A stretch of 64,000 nucleotides of DNA, from the sequence record MT129654.1. One strand, given 5' to 3'. Below are positions 1 to 8,964 of the stretch, one piece after another. Position numbers and translations under genes: made by a program. Every line of letters begins with the position of its first letter. Position 1 is the first letter of the stretch. This stretch comes from Escherichia phage MN04. The notes below the pieces were generated by a model, which worked only from the letters and a program-made list of their open reading frames with translations, was not told the origin of the DNA and ran no database searches.

Positions 1-68
1 TTAAGGCCGTAGAATCATATAAAGTTACAACCGATGAATATGCTGATTGTTCTGGGCGAGCCGATGCG

Positions 69-482
69 GTGTATTTTAATGTTAAACTAACTCGTGAATA
101 TCTTTTGTCTTATGCCCCTTACCAATCCCAACAAAAGGACCCACAAATGGAACGTCGTATATCTATCGCTACCTCCACAGTATCATGTGACAGCGTAGGC
201 CAGTATGCAGCCTATGACAAATTCAAAACCACGGCTGTGCCTAGTCCATTCAATTCCGAACCGTATCATTGGAAAATTAAACCCGATAATTCTTTGGTTG
301 TTACTAACCCTACGATGAAACCTATTGAGACCTATTATGCAGATAGCATTCAGGAATCAATCCACCGTTTAAATGGTCAGATTGAAGATGAGAAAAAGAG
401 TATTCAAGACGTATTGATTCGCATCAAGAATATGGAAAACCAGCGTGACAAGCTCAGCGCGGCCCTATTAGCTCTAAAATAG
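69..482 (+). CDS. hypothetical early protein (137 aa)
   Basis: Six-frame ORF, co-oriented with the early gene block; no recognised motif. Start may lie upstream. Confidence 0.4.
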   Translation: MYFNVKLTREYLLSYAPYQSQQKDPQMERRISIATSTVSCDSVGQYAAYDKFKTTAVPSPFNSEPYHWKIKPDNSLVVTNPTMKPIETYYADSIQESIHRLNGQIEDEKKSIQDVLIRIKNMENQRDKLSAALLALK

Positions 483-483
483 T

Positions 484-513
484 GTTTACATCCAAGGACG
501 GATGGAGTATAAT
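484..513 (+). promoter_or_regulatory. early promoter (GTTTAC -35 / TATAAT -10), PeSL-like
   Basis: GTTTACA, 18-nt spacer, TATAAT, then CTATCAACTA and SD. Confidence 0.55.
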
Positions 514-541
514 CCTTTTATCAACTACTGAGGAGAATATC

Positions 542-1552
542 ATGACCCGTACTGAATACATTAATGCCTTTACTACGTATATCACTGCCAACACCCCTCC
601 ATTAACCCCATATGTGGTAATAGTTTCTAATATCAATAAATGGGTCGACCAAATTGATGATGCATTATCGCGCTGTTTCAAAGCTGAAATCGAAAAGATA
701 GCGGGTCGTTTGTTTATTCCTGATATCGTAGATACATTTAAAGGTTCTCGACTGCTTTCTCGACTGGTCAATAAGGACATCCTTTCTGAGTTCGGTAAAG
801 AGAAATATCCGGGTTCTAGCCATGTTGTTAGCTACAAATGGTTTGGTGATACCATAAAAGATTATGTCAAAATTAAAGGTATGGACCCTAGTAGTTTATT
901 TCCGCAACGTTGGGTTAGCGAATTCAAGGCTAACTCTGCATTAATTCTCAAAGCGGCCTCTAAAACTATAGTTTCCGGTGATTGTCGTACTATTCACCCG
1001 ATGGCTAATTGCATGATTAAAACAAATAGTTATAAAGGAAAAGCTATTATTTCTGTTATTTGGTCACCTAATAGGAAACCTAAAGATGATGCGGAAGTTG
1101 TAAAGTATCAAGATATTGCTTACGATACCTTGAATACTATCGAACAAGCCTTAGCTTTGATGAATACAGTAGAGAAATATGAGACCCAAGAAGTTAAACA
1201 CCACTTAGGCTGGAAAGGATATGAAGTTTTAGTAACAGTTCGCGAAATCAAATACCCTGTTCTAAAAACTGACGCTGAAATTTACCAAGAAAAATGTGAG
1301 GAAATTGTGAATACTGATAAAGAGCCTGCTACATTAGAAGACTTGATTAACGACTTGAACAGCCCTATCATGGCCCATACACCAATTACTAAATCCAAGT
1401 TACCGGAAATCGTTGCCTTAGAAAAAGCGTATAAAGATGCCTTGGCTATTAACAAAAAACTGACTGGCCAATATACTGCTGCCAAGAAACTTTGGGAAGA
1501 GTCTACCAATCGTTTAGACCGTCTTGAACAAGCCCTGGAGCTGTTGAAATGA
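542..1552 (+). CDS. hypothetical early protein (336 aa)
   Basis: Long ORF; start refined to ATG 542, preceded by CTGAGGAGAA SD and a PeSL-like promoter at 484-513. Confidence 0.5.
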   Translation: MTRTEYINAFTTYITANTPPLTPYVVIVSNINKWVDQIDDALSRCFKAEIEKIAGRLFIPDIVDTFKGSRLLSRLVNKDILSEFGKEKYPGSSHVVSYKWFGDTIKDYVKIKGMDPSSLFPQRWVSEFKANSALILKAASKTIVSGDCRTIHPMANCMIKTNSYKGKAIISVIWSPNRKPKDDAEVVKYQDIAYDTLNTIEQALALMNTVEKYETQEVKHHLGWKGYEVLVTVREIKYPVLKTDAEIYQEKCEEIVNTDKEPATLEDLINDLNSPIMAHTPITKSKLPEIVALEKAYKDALAINKKLTGQYTAAKKLWEESTNRLDRLEQALELLK

Positions 1553-1770
1553 AATACCAATTAGCTGACGATATTGACCAAACTATTCCTGATTGGAATG
1601 CTGTTATTAAAATTGTCGAACGCCGTGAAAAAGCTTCTAAGAATGTTCCGAACTGTCCGGAATGTGGTACTGAACAGGTTCAGTTAGTCCAATGGCGACA
1701 TAATCCGCTTCAGTACAAATGCCGACATTGTAAGCACAAATTTGAGCGAGATGAAAATGGCAAAGCGTAA
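1549..1770 (+). CDS. small zinc-ribbon protein (CPECG...CRHCKH)
   Basis: Two CxxC pairs in the translation; start overlaps the upstream stop (ATGA). Confidence 0.45.
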   Translation: MKYQLADDIDQTIPDWNAVIKIVERREKASKNVPNCPECGTEQVQLVQWRHNPLQYKCRHCKHKFERDENGKA

Positions 1771-1993
1771 AGAATATGTAGAGGCTGCCGATAAGGCAGT
1801 CCGCGAACTCACCGTAGCTTATTATAAAGAGCATGGTAAATTCCCGGACAGTTATTCAGTATTGAAATCTGCTTTAACTCGTTCGTATAATAATATACTA
1901 TCTGATGTGTATGATTTAAAATACGAACACCTAGAAAAATATGGAACGGAACTTGACCGTTCTGAAGCATTCAAACAAGTATTAGGAATTTAA
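1742..1993 (+). CDS. hypothetical protein (83 aa)
   Basis: ORF in the tight gene array; start uncertain. Confidence 0.4.
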   Translation: MSEMKMAKRKEYVEAADKAVRELTVAYYKEHGKFPDSYSVLKSALTRSYNNILSDVYDLKYEHLEKYGTELDRSEAFKQVLGI

Positions 1994-1994
1994 A

Positions 1995-2258
1995 ATGTTT
2001 AAAGTTTATGGGTATGATTCAAATATTCACCGTTGTGTTTTCTGTGATAATGCTAAACGACTACTTGATGTTAAGAAACAACCTTACGAATTCATTAACG
2101 TGATGCCGGAAAAAGGTGTATTTGATGATGAGAAGATTGCTGAACTCTTGGCTGCACTTGGTCGTGAATCTCAAGTAGGTTTGACTATGCCTCAGGTATT
2201 TGCTCCTGATGGAACTTCTATTGGTGGCTTTGACCAACTGCGAGCATATTTCAAATGA
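1995..2258 (+). CDS. nrdC: NrdC thioredoxin/glutaredoxin
   Basis: 87 aa, MFKVYGYDSNIHRCVFCDNAKRLL... near-identical in pattern to recalled T4 NrdC; CxxC active site. Confidence 0.85.
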   Translation: MFKVYGYDSNIHRCVFCDNAKRLLDVKKQPYEFINVMPEKGVFDDEKIAELLAALGRESQVGLTMPQVFAPDGTSIGGFDQLRAYFK

Positions 2259-2412
2259 TTGAATTATTGTTGGGTGTTTTGTATCTTATCATCGGCATTG
2301 GTTATGCTAAGACTCTAGCTAAATTAGATGATTCCGGTGACTTTTGTTCGTGGCTGACGTCTATGATTTGTTGGCCTTTATTTCTGGTTGGTGCTTCATT
2401 CTGGAACTTTAA

Positions 2413-2601
2413 ATGACTGAATTTGATATGGCTTATGGAACCTGCGCAAGAGAGTTTGCAAGTGAGTTTGATACTCCCGCGCCTAGTAAAGAAACCGTAT
2501 TGGCAAATCTCCCGGATTGGTTAAAAGAAGAAGCCACTGAATGGGGTTGGACTGATACTTGTGTACGTGACCAGCTATTTGAATTTATGGTGGAATTATG
2601 A
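2413..2601 (+). CDS. hypothetical acidic protein (62 aa)
   Basis: ORF, gene packing. Confidence 0.4.
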   Translation: MTEFDMAYGTCAREFASEFDTPAPSKETVLANLPDWLKEEATEWGWTDTCVRDQLFEFMVEL

Positions 2602-2906
2602 TTGAATTAAACGAACAGACCATTTTTCTAGGTGATGGCACCGAAGATGACCTAGAATATAAACTATACGAATATATGGTTTGGTTGGCTAAAGCAGAAG
2701 GTATTGACTTTGTTGTGGCTAATCCGTATGGTGAGAATACTGTTGTAATCGGTGACATTGCTTATGAAGTCCAATGGCAATACGTTGGGCTTGAATCTGA
2801 AGAATTTGAAGAAGATGAACATGGCGATTGGCATCCGGTTGGTCCTTGGTACTGGGACGACGGTGAGCCTGATTTTGAAGTATCAAGCTATTGGAGTGAC
2901 CAATGA
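2598..2906 (+). CDS. hypothetical acidic protein (102 aa)
   Basis: ORF with overlapping stop/start (ATGA). Confidence 0.45.
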   Translation: MIELNEQTIFLGDGTEDDLEYKLYEYMVWLAKAEGIDFVVANPYGENTVVIGDIAYEVQWQYVGLESEEFEEDEHGDWHPVGPWYWDDGEPDFEVSSYWSDQ

Positions 2907-3223
2907 CTATTGAAAATGAATTAGATGTTGATGCTGTTTTAAGCGAAATCATTGAAGACCATGATGCGTTTACTGAATCATACGAGTTTGAATTTTCGGA
3001 CTACCTGGTTCCGGTTGAATTAGGCGAATGGACACAAACCGGCAAATACCAATATCGCCAGGCAATTTATTTCAGCAAAAAACATAATGTGCATGTGGCT
3101 GTAAACGAAACTCGTACCGGCTCTTATCATACCGACTGGGACCATATGGTCCCGACTGTTGAACTGGTTAAGCTCCAAGAACGTGTCGTAACCCAAACTA
3201 TCCGAGAATGGATTACGCTATAA
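2903..3223 (+). CDS. hypothetical protein (106 aa)
   Basis: ORF with overlapping stop/start. Confidence 0.45.
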   Translation: MTIENELDVDAVLSEIIEDHDAFTESYEFEFSDYLVPVELGEWTQTGKYQYRQAIYFSKKHNVHVAVNETRTGSYHTDWDHMVPTVELVKLQERVVTQTIREWITL

Positions 3224-3340
3224 AACCATGGTATACCGCTCGATGGGAAACCGTCGAGCCAGAGGAACCGGTTTACAACGATTCCGAAATAGAGTATAAT
3301 GAACCTTCAAACAATGATTTAATCGATATGGAGTTTGGAT

Positions 3341-3514
3341 ATGAGTACCAAAATTGAAATTGGCCGTCATAAAGGCCGTCTGATTGAACATTCGCTTTAC
3401 GAGTTATCGGATTCAGGTTCTTTACCTGACCTAGAGTCTGATTTGATTAAAGCTGCAGCCGATTATATCCATTGGCTTGAAGCGCAACTCCGCTTTGCTG
3501 ATAAGGCGTTCTGA
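3341..3514 (+). CDS. hypothetical small protein (57 aa)
   Basis: ATG with GGAG upstream; stop overlaps the next start (ATGA). Not in the ORF track (<60 aa). Confidence 0.35.
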   Translation: MSTKIEIGRHKGRLIEHSLYELSDSGSLPDLESDLIKAAADYIHWLEAQLRFADKAF

Positions 3515-3699
3515 TGAAAACTGTATTAGTCTATACTGAAAAGTTAAATGGCGACAAGGTATGGAAACTTCTTATCAAAGGAAGTCCTAATGACCAGTTT
3601 ATGGCTACCTGCGTAGGATTATACACTCGTCCTACCAAAAAGATGATTCGTCAATTTAAACGGTTACACCGTATGTTTTACGGTACATTTGAAAAATAA
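3514..3699 (+). CDS. small basic protein with C-terminal RPTKKMIRQFKR motif
   Basis: Shares the PTK(R/K)xIRQ basic motif with ORFs at 27309 and 28339. Confidence 0.4.
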   Translation: MKTVLVYTEKLNGDKVWKLLIKGSPNDQFMATCVGLYTRPTKKMIRQFKRLHRMFYGTFEK

Positions 3700-3734
3700 T
3701 AAATACCCTTATCTAATAATGGTAAGGGTTTATT

Positions 3735-4208
3735 ATGTTGTTGACCGGCAAATTATACAAAGAAGAAAAACAAAAACTTTATGATGCACAATGTGGTAAG
3801 TGTTTGATTTGTAAACGTGAATTAAACCCTGATGTTCAAAGTAACCACCTTGACCACGACCATGAATTGAGCGGGCCAAAAGCTGGTAAGGTTCGTGGTT
3901 TACTATGTAACCTGTGCAATGCTGCAGAAGGACAAATGAAGCATAAGTTCAACCGTTCTGGTCTTAAAGGTCAAAACGTTGACTACCTCGAATGGTTAGA
4001 GAATTTGCTGGTCTATCTGAAATCTGATTACACTGAAAACAATATCCATCCTAATTTCGTTCCTGATAAAACCAAAGAGTTCAGTAGATTAGGTAAGGAA
4101 GAAATGATTGCTGAAATGCTTTCGCATGGAATGACTTATAATGAATCTGACACAAAGAAACAAATGGTCGATTCATTTAAAAAACAACTGAGGAAATCGC
4201 TTAAATGA
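3735..4208 (+). CDS. 49: recombination endonuclease VII (gp49)
   Basis: 157 aa; MLLTGKLYKEEKQK... and the HLDHDHEL...CNLCN zinc-site segment match recalled T4 endo VII. Confidence 0.9.
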   Translation: MLLTGKLYKEEKQKLYDAQCGKCLICKRELNPDVQSNHLDHDHELSGPKAGKVRGLLCNLCNAAEGQMKHKFNRSGLKGQNVDYLEWLENLLVYLKSDYTENNIHPNFVPDKTKEFSRLGKEEMIAEMLSHGMTYNESDTKKQMVDSFKKQLRKSLK

Positions 4209-4302
4209 TTAATTTTTATGCCTTAACCGAATCTATGAATGATATTATCCGGCGCATGGGTGTTGAGTATCCTGCTCAATGGTTATTTGTTGTAACTAAT
4301 AC

Positions 4303-4530
4303 ATGGACTATCGTATGAATAAATTTCGTAATGCTGCTTCTGATATCCTGGCCAATATTACATTTGTCCTGTTTATTGTGTGCCTTTTAATCCTGGTTAT
4401 CCCATTTGGATTGCTGTTTGTAATGATTGGTGCGCTGAGTACTGAAAAGGGTCTTGAAGGGTCTGAGTTCGAAAAACGAATCCAGGCTGTGCATAGTGTT
4501 ATTGCTAAAATGATGAAGGTGAAAGAATGA
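4303..4530 (+). CDS. small membrane protein (75 aa)
   Basis: Long hydrophobic stretch (FVLFIVCLLILVIPFGLLFVMIGAL). Confidence 0.4.
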   Translation: MDYRMNKFRNAASDILANITFVLFIVCLLILVIPFGLLFVMIGALSTEKGLEGSEFEKRIQAVHSVIAKMMKVKE

Positions 4531-4823
4531 AACGTTTTGAAGAGTATGTAGCTACTGATTGGGCGGCTTGGGACAAGTTTGGCCAAGAATGGTACTTCCA
4601 TGACTGTGACCTGAACCCGGAATTCTTTATCGGTAAGGAAGATGACCTTAAAGATATCTATGCTCTGTCAGAGATTCACGGTATTAAACCTACCGTCTAC
4701 TTCTCTTTTGATGATATGGGATTCCTTATCCAGATTTACATCCCGTATGGAACTAATGAAGACGAAGTTATCAAAACTTGGGACTACCAAGGAGTTATTT
4801 CCTGTGGACCAAAAGTTAACTAA
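4527..4823 (+). CDS. hypothetical protein (98 aa)
   Basis: ORF with overlapping start. Confidence 0.45.
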   Translation: MKRFEEYVATDWAAWDKFGQEWYFHDCDLNPEFFIGKEDDLKDIYALSEIHGIKPTVYFSFDDMGFLIQIYIPYGTNEDEVIKTWDYQGVISCGPKVN

Positions 4824-5121
4824 AATTGAGATTTATGGTATCCCTGAGACAGTCATGCGCTGTCCAGGGTGCATTGCAGTTCTATCGCTCCTAAATTCCC
4901 TTTCTATCCCACATACTTTCTATCCTGTGATTAACCAGACGCCGTCAGGCGCAGTATATGACAAGCCTCTTATAGTATCATTGGCCAAACGTGCTGGCTT
5001 CAAGAGCTTAGCTATACGCTATCCTGTAATCTTTGTTGATAATAAGAAAATAGAAAATATTCCTGCCTTCAAATCCCTTTTGATTGAGCTTGGCTATGAC
5101 CGAGATTTAATTGAAGATTAG
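4804..5121 (+). CDS. glutaredoxin-like CxxC protein (possible NrdH-like); start uncertain
   Basis: IEIYG-x7-RCPGC looks like a glutaredoxin beta1-CxxC; the only in-frame ATG upstream (4642) overlaps the neighbour, so GTG 4804 is proposed. Confidence 0.4.
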   Translation: MDQKLTKIEIYGIPETVMRCPGCIAVLSLLNSLSIPHTFYPVINQTPSGAVYDKPLIVSLAKRAGFKSLAIRYPVIFVDNKKIENIPAFKSLLIELGYDRDLIED

Positions 5122-5171
5122 TATTTACTTCCTCTCCTCATGTGTTATAGTCTATCCTATCAACACATGAG
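5122..5171 (+). promoter_or_regulatory. PeSL-like element with an 11-bp stem that includes the SD
   Basis: TATTTAC...TATAGT, plus inverted repeat CCTCATGTGTT / AACACATGAGG. Confidence 0.45.
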
Positions 5172-5180
5172 GAGAACATT

Positions 5181-5363
5181 ATGACCATCCAAGATAAAGA
5201 AATTAAAGCCGACCAGTATTATTTGGTAAATGGACGTGCGGTTCGTGTAATTGCTGCTAGTGATTCAGACGTATGGTATCGTGTACTAGACCATAAAAAT
5301 ATTCCATTGATGGTATGTGACGGTAGCTTGTTTTGTTCGATAGCTAAGGAAATTAAATTATGA
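5181..5363 (+). CDS. hypothetical protein (60 aa)
   Basis: ORF following a PeSL-like element whose stem contains the SD. Confidence 0.4.
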   Translation: MTIQDKEIKADQYYLVNGRAVRVIAASDSDVWYRVLDHKNIPLMVCDGSLFCSIAKEIKL

Positions 5364-5614
5364 GCCTGAAATTACATTCAATGAAAAATGTCATCACCCT
5401 TAATCTTGATGATGAGCGCCTGATTTTTCTCACCGTCACTGATAAGAATATTGAAATTGCAAATGGTCCTAAGACTTATTGCTGCCCAGTGAAGAATTGG
5501 AAGCATGTAACCTTTTTGACCCTGGCCGACCGTCTGAAAGACCTTAAGTTGGATTTGGATATCAAAGATATCCAGTACATTAAAAATCTTATTGGATACA
5601 AACTGTTGAGGTAA
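5360..5614 (+). CDS. hypothetical protein (84 aa)
   Basis: ORF, overlapping start. Confidence 0.4.
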   Translation: MSLKLHSMKNVITLNLDDERLIFLTVTDKNIEIANGPKTYCCPVKNWKHVTFLTLADRLKDLKLDLDIKDIQYIKNLIGYKLLR

Positions 5615-5616
5615 CT

Positions 5617-5910
5617 ATGGGTAAAACTATCCGTCGTAAAGAATTGCCATCTAGAGATTTTAATTGCATTGCTAGACGTAAAGCACCTGATGGCGTATCG
5701 GAAGAAACTTTGAATGAAAATATCTTCCGGTCAGATAAATGGAAACGCTTTAGCGGTGTTGATTCTGAAGTTAAGAATGAAATGAATCGCCAACTTCGTA
5801 AAGAAGTGAGAAAGCTGAAAAAAGATGTTTACAACGACGATGAACCTGATTACAATACTTCTCATCGAGTTGCAAAACGTAAATCAAACGAGTGCTATCG
5901 TTACAGCTGA
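5617..5910 (+). CDS. hypothetical basic protein (97 aa)
   Basis: ORF; Lys/Arg-rich. Confidence 0.4.
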   Translation: MGKTIRRKELPSRDFNCIARRKAPDGVSEETLNENIFRSDKWKRFSGVDSEVKNEMNRQLRKEVRKLKKDVYNDDEPDYNTSHRVAKRKSNECYRYS

Positions 5911-6049
5911 GGAAAATATGAATATCAAACGTATGCTTTTTAAACAAGGATTATACACCTTAAATGTTGCTCCAAAAGGCGATACGACTAAGTGGTCAGT
6001 AAATGACTGGATTGAATTTATTGATGAAAACGGCAACTGGAAAATTTAA

Positions 6050-6250
6050 ATGAATCCTGAATCTAAATTATCACAACGAATTGCTGAAGCCCGTCGTCAG
6101 TTCTTTGAAAATATGGTAGCTCAAGGTATTGATGACGAAGTTTTTCTAAACTGGTTTTGGAATAACAAATATTCAAAATGTGCAGGAGCAATATTAATAT
6201 CGGCCGCAATGATGTATGAAGGTTGGAAAGGCGCACTAGCACAAAAATAG
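6050..6250 (+). CDS. hypothetical protein (66 aa)
   Basis: ORF, gene packing. Confidence 0.4.
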   Translation: MNPESKLSQRIAEARRQFFENMVAQGIDDEVFLNWFWNNKYSKCAGAILISAAMMYEGWKGALAQK

Positions 6251-6279
6251 TTTACAAACTCTTGGGACCAGAGTATAAT
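6250..6279 (+). promoter_or_regulatory. early promoter, PeSL-like
   Basis: GTTTAC, 18 nt, TATAAT; the -10 sits in the loop of GGGACCA/TGGTCCC. Confidence 0.55.
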
Positions 6280-6319
6280 GGTCCCCACGGATTATAAATT
6301 TTAAACTGAGGAAATTATT

Positions 6320-6649
6320 ATGTCACAAGCTATTAAAAACGTACTGAACTCTTTCGCTTTCGATAAAGTTAATGAACTGATGAAAACTGGCTTTGTAACT
6401 CCTCAGGTTCTTGACCAATGGGTTGCTGAACTGTTACCAATCATGCACTCTAAAGACCAAAAAATTGGTAAGAACGGTATTCGTGAAATCCTGGTTCAAT
6501 ATATTCTTGATGAGTTTGATGTTGCTGCCTTCGGTGTTGAATCTAAAGCTTGGCACCCAGGTGAAATCACAGACAAAACCATCCGTCGTATGAAGAACCA
6601 ACGTAAGAAAAAATTCGTTGACCTGAAAATTGTTAAGGCTGCGAAATGA
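6320..6649 (+). CDS. hypothetical protein (109 aa)
   Basis: ATG preceded by CTGAGGAAATTATT TIR and a PeSL-like promoter at 6250-6279. Confidence 0.5.
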   Translation: MSQAIKNVLNSFAFDKVNELMKTGFVTPQVLDQWVAELLPIMHSKDQKIGKNGIREILVQYILDEFDVAAFGVESKAWHPGEITDKTIRRMKNQRKKKFVDLKIVKAAK

Positions 6650-6912
6650 TTAAAATAAAACTCTCTAATTACGATAAAAACTTGGAAATGATTGCTATGA
6701 AAGAAGAACTCCTGAATGATGTCCGCTTTACAGGTTATGCAGTCCAATTTAATGGTGATGGGGCTCTCCAGATTGAAGGTGACCACTTTATTATCGAATA
6801 TGAATTTAAACGGTACTGGCTATACGCTAAAGATGAAGTTGGCGGTATTGATTACGTCGATGAGTTTGATAATCTTGATGATGCATTAGAAGGAGCTCGA
6901 TTCCTACAATGA
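6646..6912 (+). CDS. hypothetical protein (88 aa)
   Basis: ORF, overlapping start. Confidence 0.45.
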   Translation: MIKIKLSNYDKNLEMIAMKEELLNDVRFTGYAVQFNGDGALQIEGDHFIIEYEFKRYWLYAKDEVGGIDYVDEFDNLDDALEGARFLQ

Positions 6913-7172
6913 AACCCATATCCACCACCCTCGCTTATGAAGGTCTCGGATTTTTCTTAATAGATAACTGTATGGATGTTGAGTTTGTTTGTGGTGAGAC
7001 TTCTTTAGTATGGAAGTCTCATATTTCCAAATACAACCATCGGGATTATCCGGAACTTTTTAAAGAATTTTGCGGATATATGTCCGAACATGGATGTACT
7101 GATACAATTTCTTATCCCGAGTTCATACAAATCCTTGAAACAGTATTTCAGGCTTATTGCTTACTCCGTTGA
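6909..7172 (+). CDS. hypothetical protein (87 aa)
   Basis: ORF, overlapping start. Confidence 0.45.
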   Translation: MKPISTTLAYEGLGFFLIDNCMDVEFVCGETSLVWKSHISKYNHRDYPELFKEFCGYMSEHGCTDTISYPEFIQILETVFQAYCLLR

Positions 7173-7238
7173 TGCTTTAAACGGGTCTCCAAATACTATG
7201 ATATAATAGACCTATGATTTGAGTTATCTGAGGTAACA

Positions 7239-7796
7239 ATGACCGAAATTAAACTGACTAAAAATAACTATGTAAATAATAAGGAGCTTCTGAAAGCCAT
7301 TACCCAGTGGAAAACGGAACTCCGAGAAAATACCGACCCTAATAAAATAGTTCGTCAGAACGACGTTATCGGCTTGGCTATTATGCTCATTGCTGAAGGC
7401 CTTTCTAAGCGTTTCAACTTCTCCGGATATACCCAATCTTGGAAGCAAGAAATGATTGCTGATGGAATCGAAGCCTCTATTAAAGGTCTTCATAACTTCG
7501 ACGAAACAAAATACGACAACCCACATGCATATATCACTATGGCTTGTTTTAATGCCTTTGTTCAGCGTATCAAGAAAGAACGTAAAGAAATGGCAAAGAA
7601 ATACAGCTACTTCGTCCATAACGTTTATGACGCCAATGACGACGACATGGTAGGTATCGCAGATGAAACTTTTATCCAGGATATTTACGACAAAATGACT
7701 CAGTATGAAACCTCTTTAGTTAAAGCGCCAGGGTCTGATAAGAGCGCTGAATCTAAAGTTGGTGAGCTGGATTTTTTATATGGAACTCAAGATTAA
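7239..7796 (+). CDS. 55: late-transcription sigma factor gp55
   Basis: 185 aa; [55 protein letters not shown] matches recalled T4 gp55. Confidence 0.9.
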   Translation: MTEIKLTKNNYVNNKELLKAITQWKTELRENTDPNKIVRQNDVIGLAIMLIAEGLSKRFNFSGYTQSWKQEMIADGIEASIKGLHNFDETKYDNPHAYITMACFNAFVQRIKKERKEMAKKYSYFVHNVYDANDDDMVGIADETFIQDIYDKMTQYETSLVKAPGSDKSAESKVGELDFLYGTQD

Positions 7797-8007
7797 CCTG
7801 GTAGGCCTTTTAGAAGAAGTAGATGGAGAGTATTCGGCAATTCCTTATGTTCTTAAAATGTATCTTAAGGATATTGCCAAGCTTCCTATTGTAATAGACC
7901 CAAAACACCCTGATTCGGTAGAAATTAAAGCTGAAAAAGGAACATTAACTTATAACTATCACGTTACCGACGAAGATTTTTATATAAAACTGAATTACAA
8001 GGATTAA
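7780..8007 (+). CDS. hypothetical protein (75 aa)
   Basis: ORF overlapping the 3' end of gene 55; start uncertain. Confidence 0.35.
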   Translation: MELKINLVGLLEEVDGEYSAIPYVLKMYLKDIAKLPIVIDPKHPDSVEIKAEKGTLTYNYHVTDEDFYIKLNYKD

Positions 8008-8008
8008 T

Positions 8009-8320
8009 ATGCAAAGCCATGACATTTCTCAATTGACTGATGAGCAAATTGAAGAAGCCCAGCAACGTTTAGAAGAGCACAATATTAAAGAAGCCAATTC
8101 GCAAGCGGCTAAGATTCTTAAGAAGAATGCTCGTGAAATCCGTCGTTTAAATCTCCATGCCCAAGGCGCTGTACTTGAAAACAACTTTGAAGCATATAAG
8201 TACGCTTTAATTAAATTACGCGGTATTTACCGTCAACCTGTTACTGATGAACTTGTTCAATTGATGTGGGAATCTACCCGCAAACAAATTTGGGAAATCG
8301 TCAATGGCTCTAGTAAATAA
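8009..8320 (+). CDS. hypothetical protein (103 aa)
   Basis: ORF, gene packing. Confidence 0.45.
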   Translation: MQSHDISQLTDEQIEEAQQRLEEHNIKEANSQAAKILKKNAREIRRLNLHAQGAVLENNFEAYKYALIKLRGIYRQPVTDELVQLMWESTRKQIWEIVNGSSK

Positions 8321-8592
8321 ACCCTTTAAACGGCTTCTTATTGGAGCCGCCTTCAGACTTCGCTCATACGGTAATATTTGTATTAAGCAGACCGAAACCG
8401 AATATAAAATGGTTGGGCAGTATTCCGATGAAATTTTTCGGATTGAGCCTGTAGCCAAGGTTTGGGTGGATTCACATCAACTTAAGAAGTGGTGGCAACG
8501 ATGATAACATGGACAGGTGGCTAATGAAAGACGAACATCCGGATTTTTAAGCTATGAATGACGAATACGAAAAAGTTTAAGAGGTTTTATGA

Positions 8593-8766
8593 ATGACGAA
8601 TTCGATGGATTTTGATAAGATTAAATCTGACAAAAATGAGATGATACTTAAATTTGAAGCTGCTCGTATTAAAGCGGAAAATGAAGGTATTATTACCTAT
8701 AAGCCTATCAAGTTCAGGTCTTCTCATGAACCTCTGTATGGTGTATTAATTGGTAAAGGAGCTTAG
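8593..8766 (+). CDS. hypothetical small protein (57 aa)
   Basis: ATG with GAGG upstream; ends at the terminator hairpin. Confidence 0.3.
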   Translation: MTNSMDFDKIKSDKNEMILKFEAARIKAENEGIITYKPIKFRSSHEPLYGVLIGKGA

Positions 8767-8778
8767 GCTCCTTTTTTG
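8757..8778 (+). terminator. intrinsic terminator
   Basis: GGAGCTTAGGCTCC hairpin followed by TTTTTT. Confidence 0.6.
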
Positions 8779-8800
8779 CTTTATATTCGGATGATAAAAT
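8777..8800 (+). promoter_or_regulatory. middle promoter candidate (MotA box + -10)
   Basis: TGCTTTA, 11-nt spacer, TAAAAT, upstream of the 47/46 unit. Confidence 0.45.
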
Positions 8801-8820
8801 GAACCAACTGAGGAGAACAT

Positions 8821-8964
8821 ATGGAATTACTTTTAGGATATGTCGTGTTATTCATGGCATTCTACACATTCACACGAGCCTGTTGGATAGGATTCTTTTC
8901 TACTCCTGATGGGTTCATCTCAATAATTTTATTTTGCATTGCGATAACGGTGCTCGGCTTATGA
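8821..8964 (+). CDS. small hydrophobic protein (47 aa)
   Basis: CTGAGGAGAACAT-ATG TIR; predicted TM peptide; stop overlaps the gene 47 start (ATGA). Confidence 0.35.
   Translation: MELLLGYVVLFMAFYTFTRACWIGFFSTPDGFISIILFCIAITVLGL

Noticed and set aside
4642-4803. 159-aa ORF starting at ATG 4642
   Set aside because: It overlaps the preceding 98-aa gene over about 180 nt in another frame; only the C-terminal part has a glutaredoxin-like signature, so a downstream start is more plausible, though not proven.
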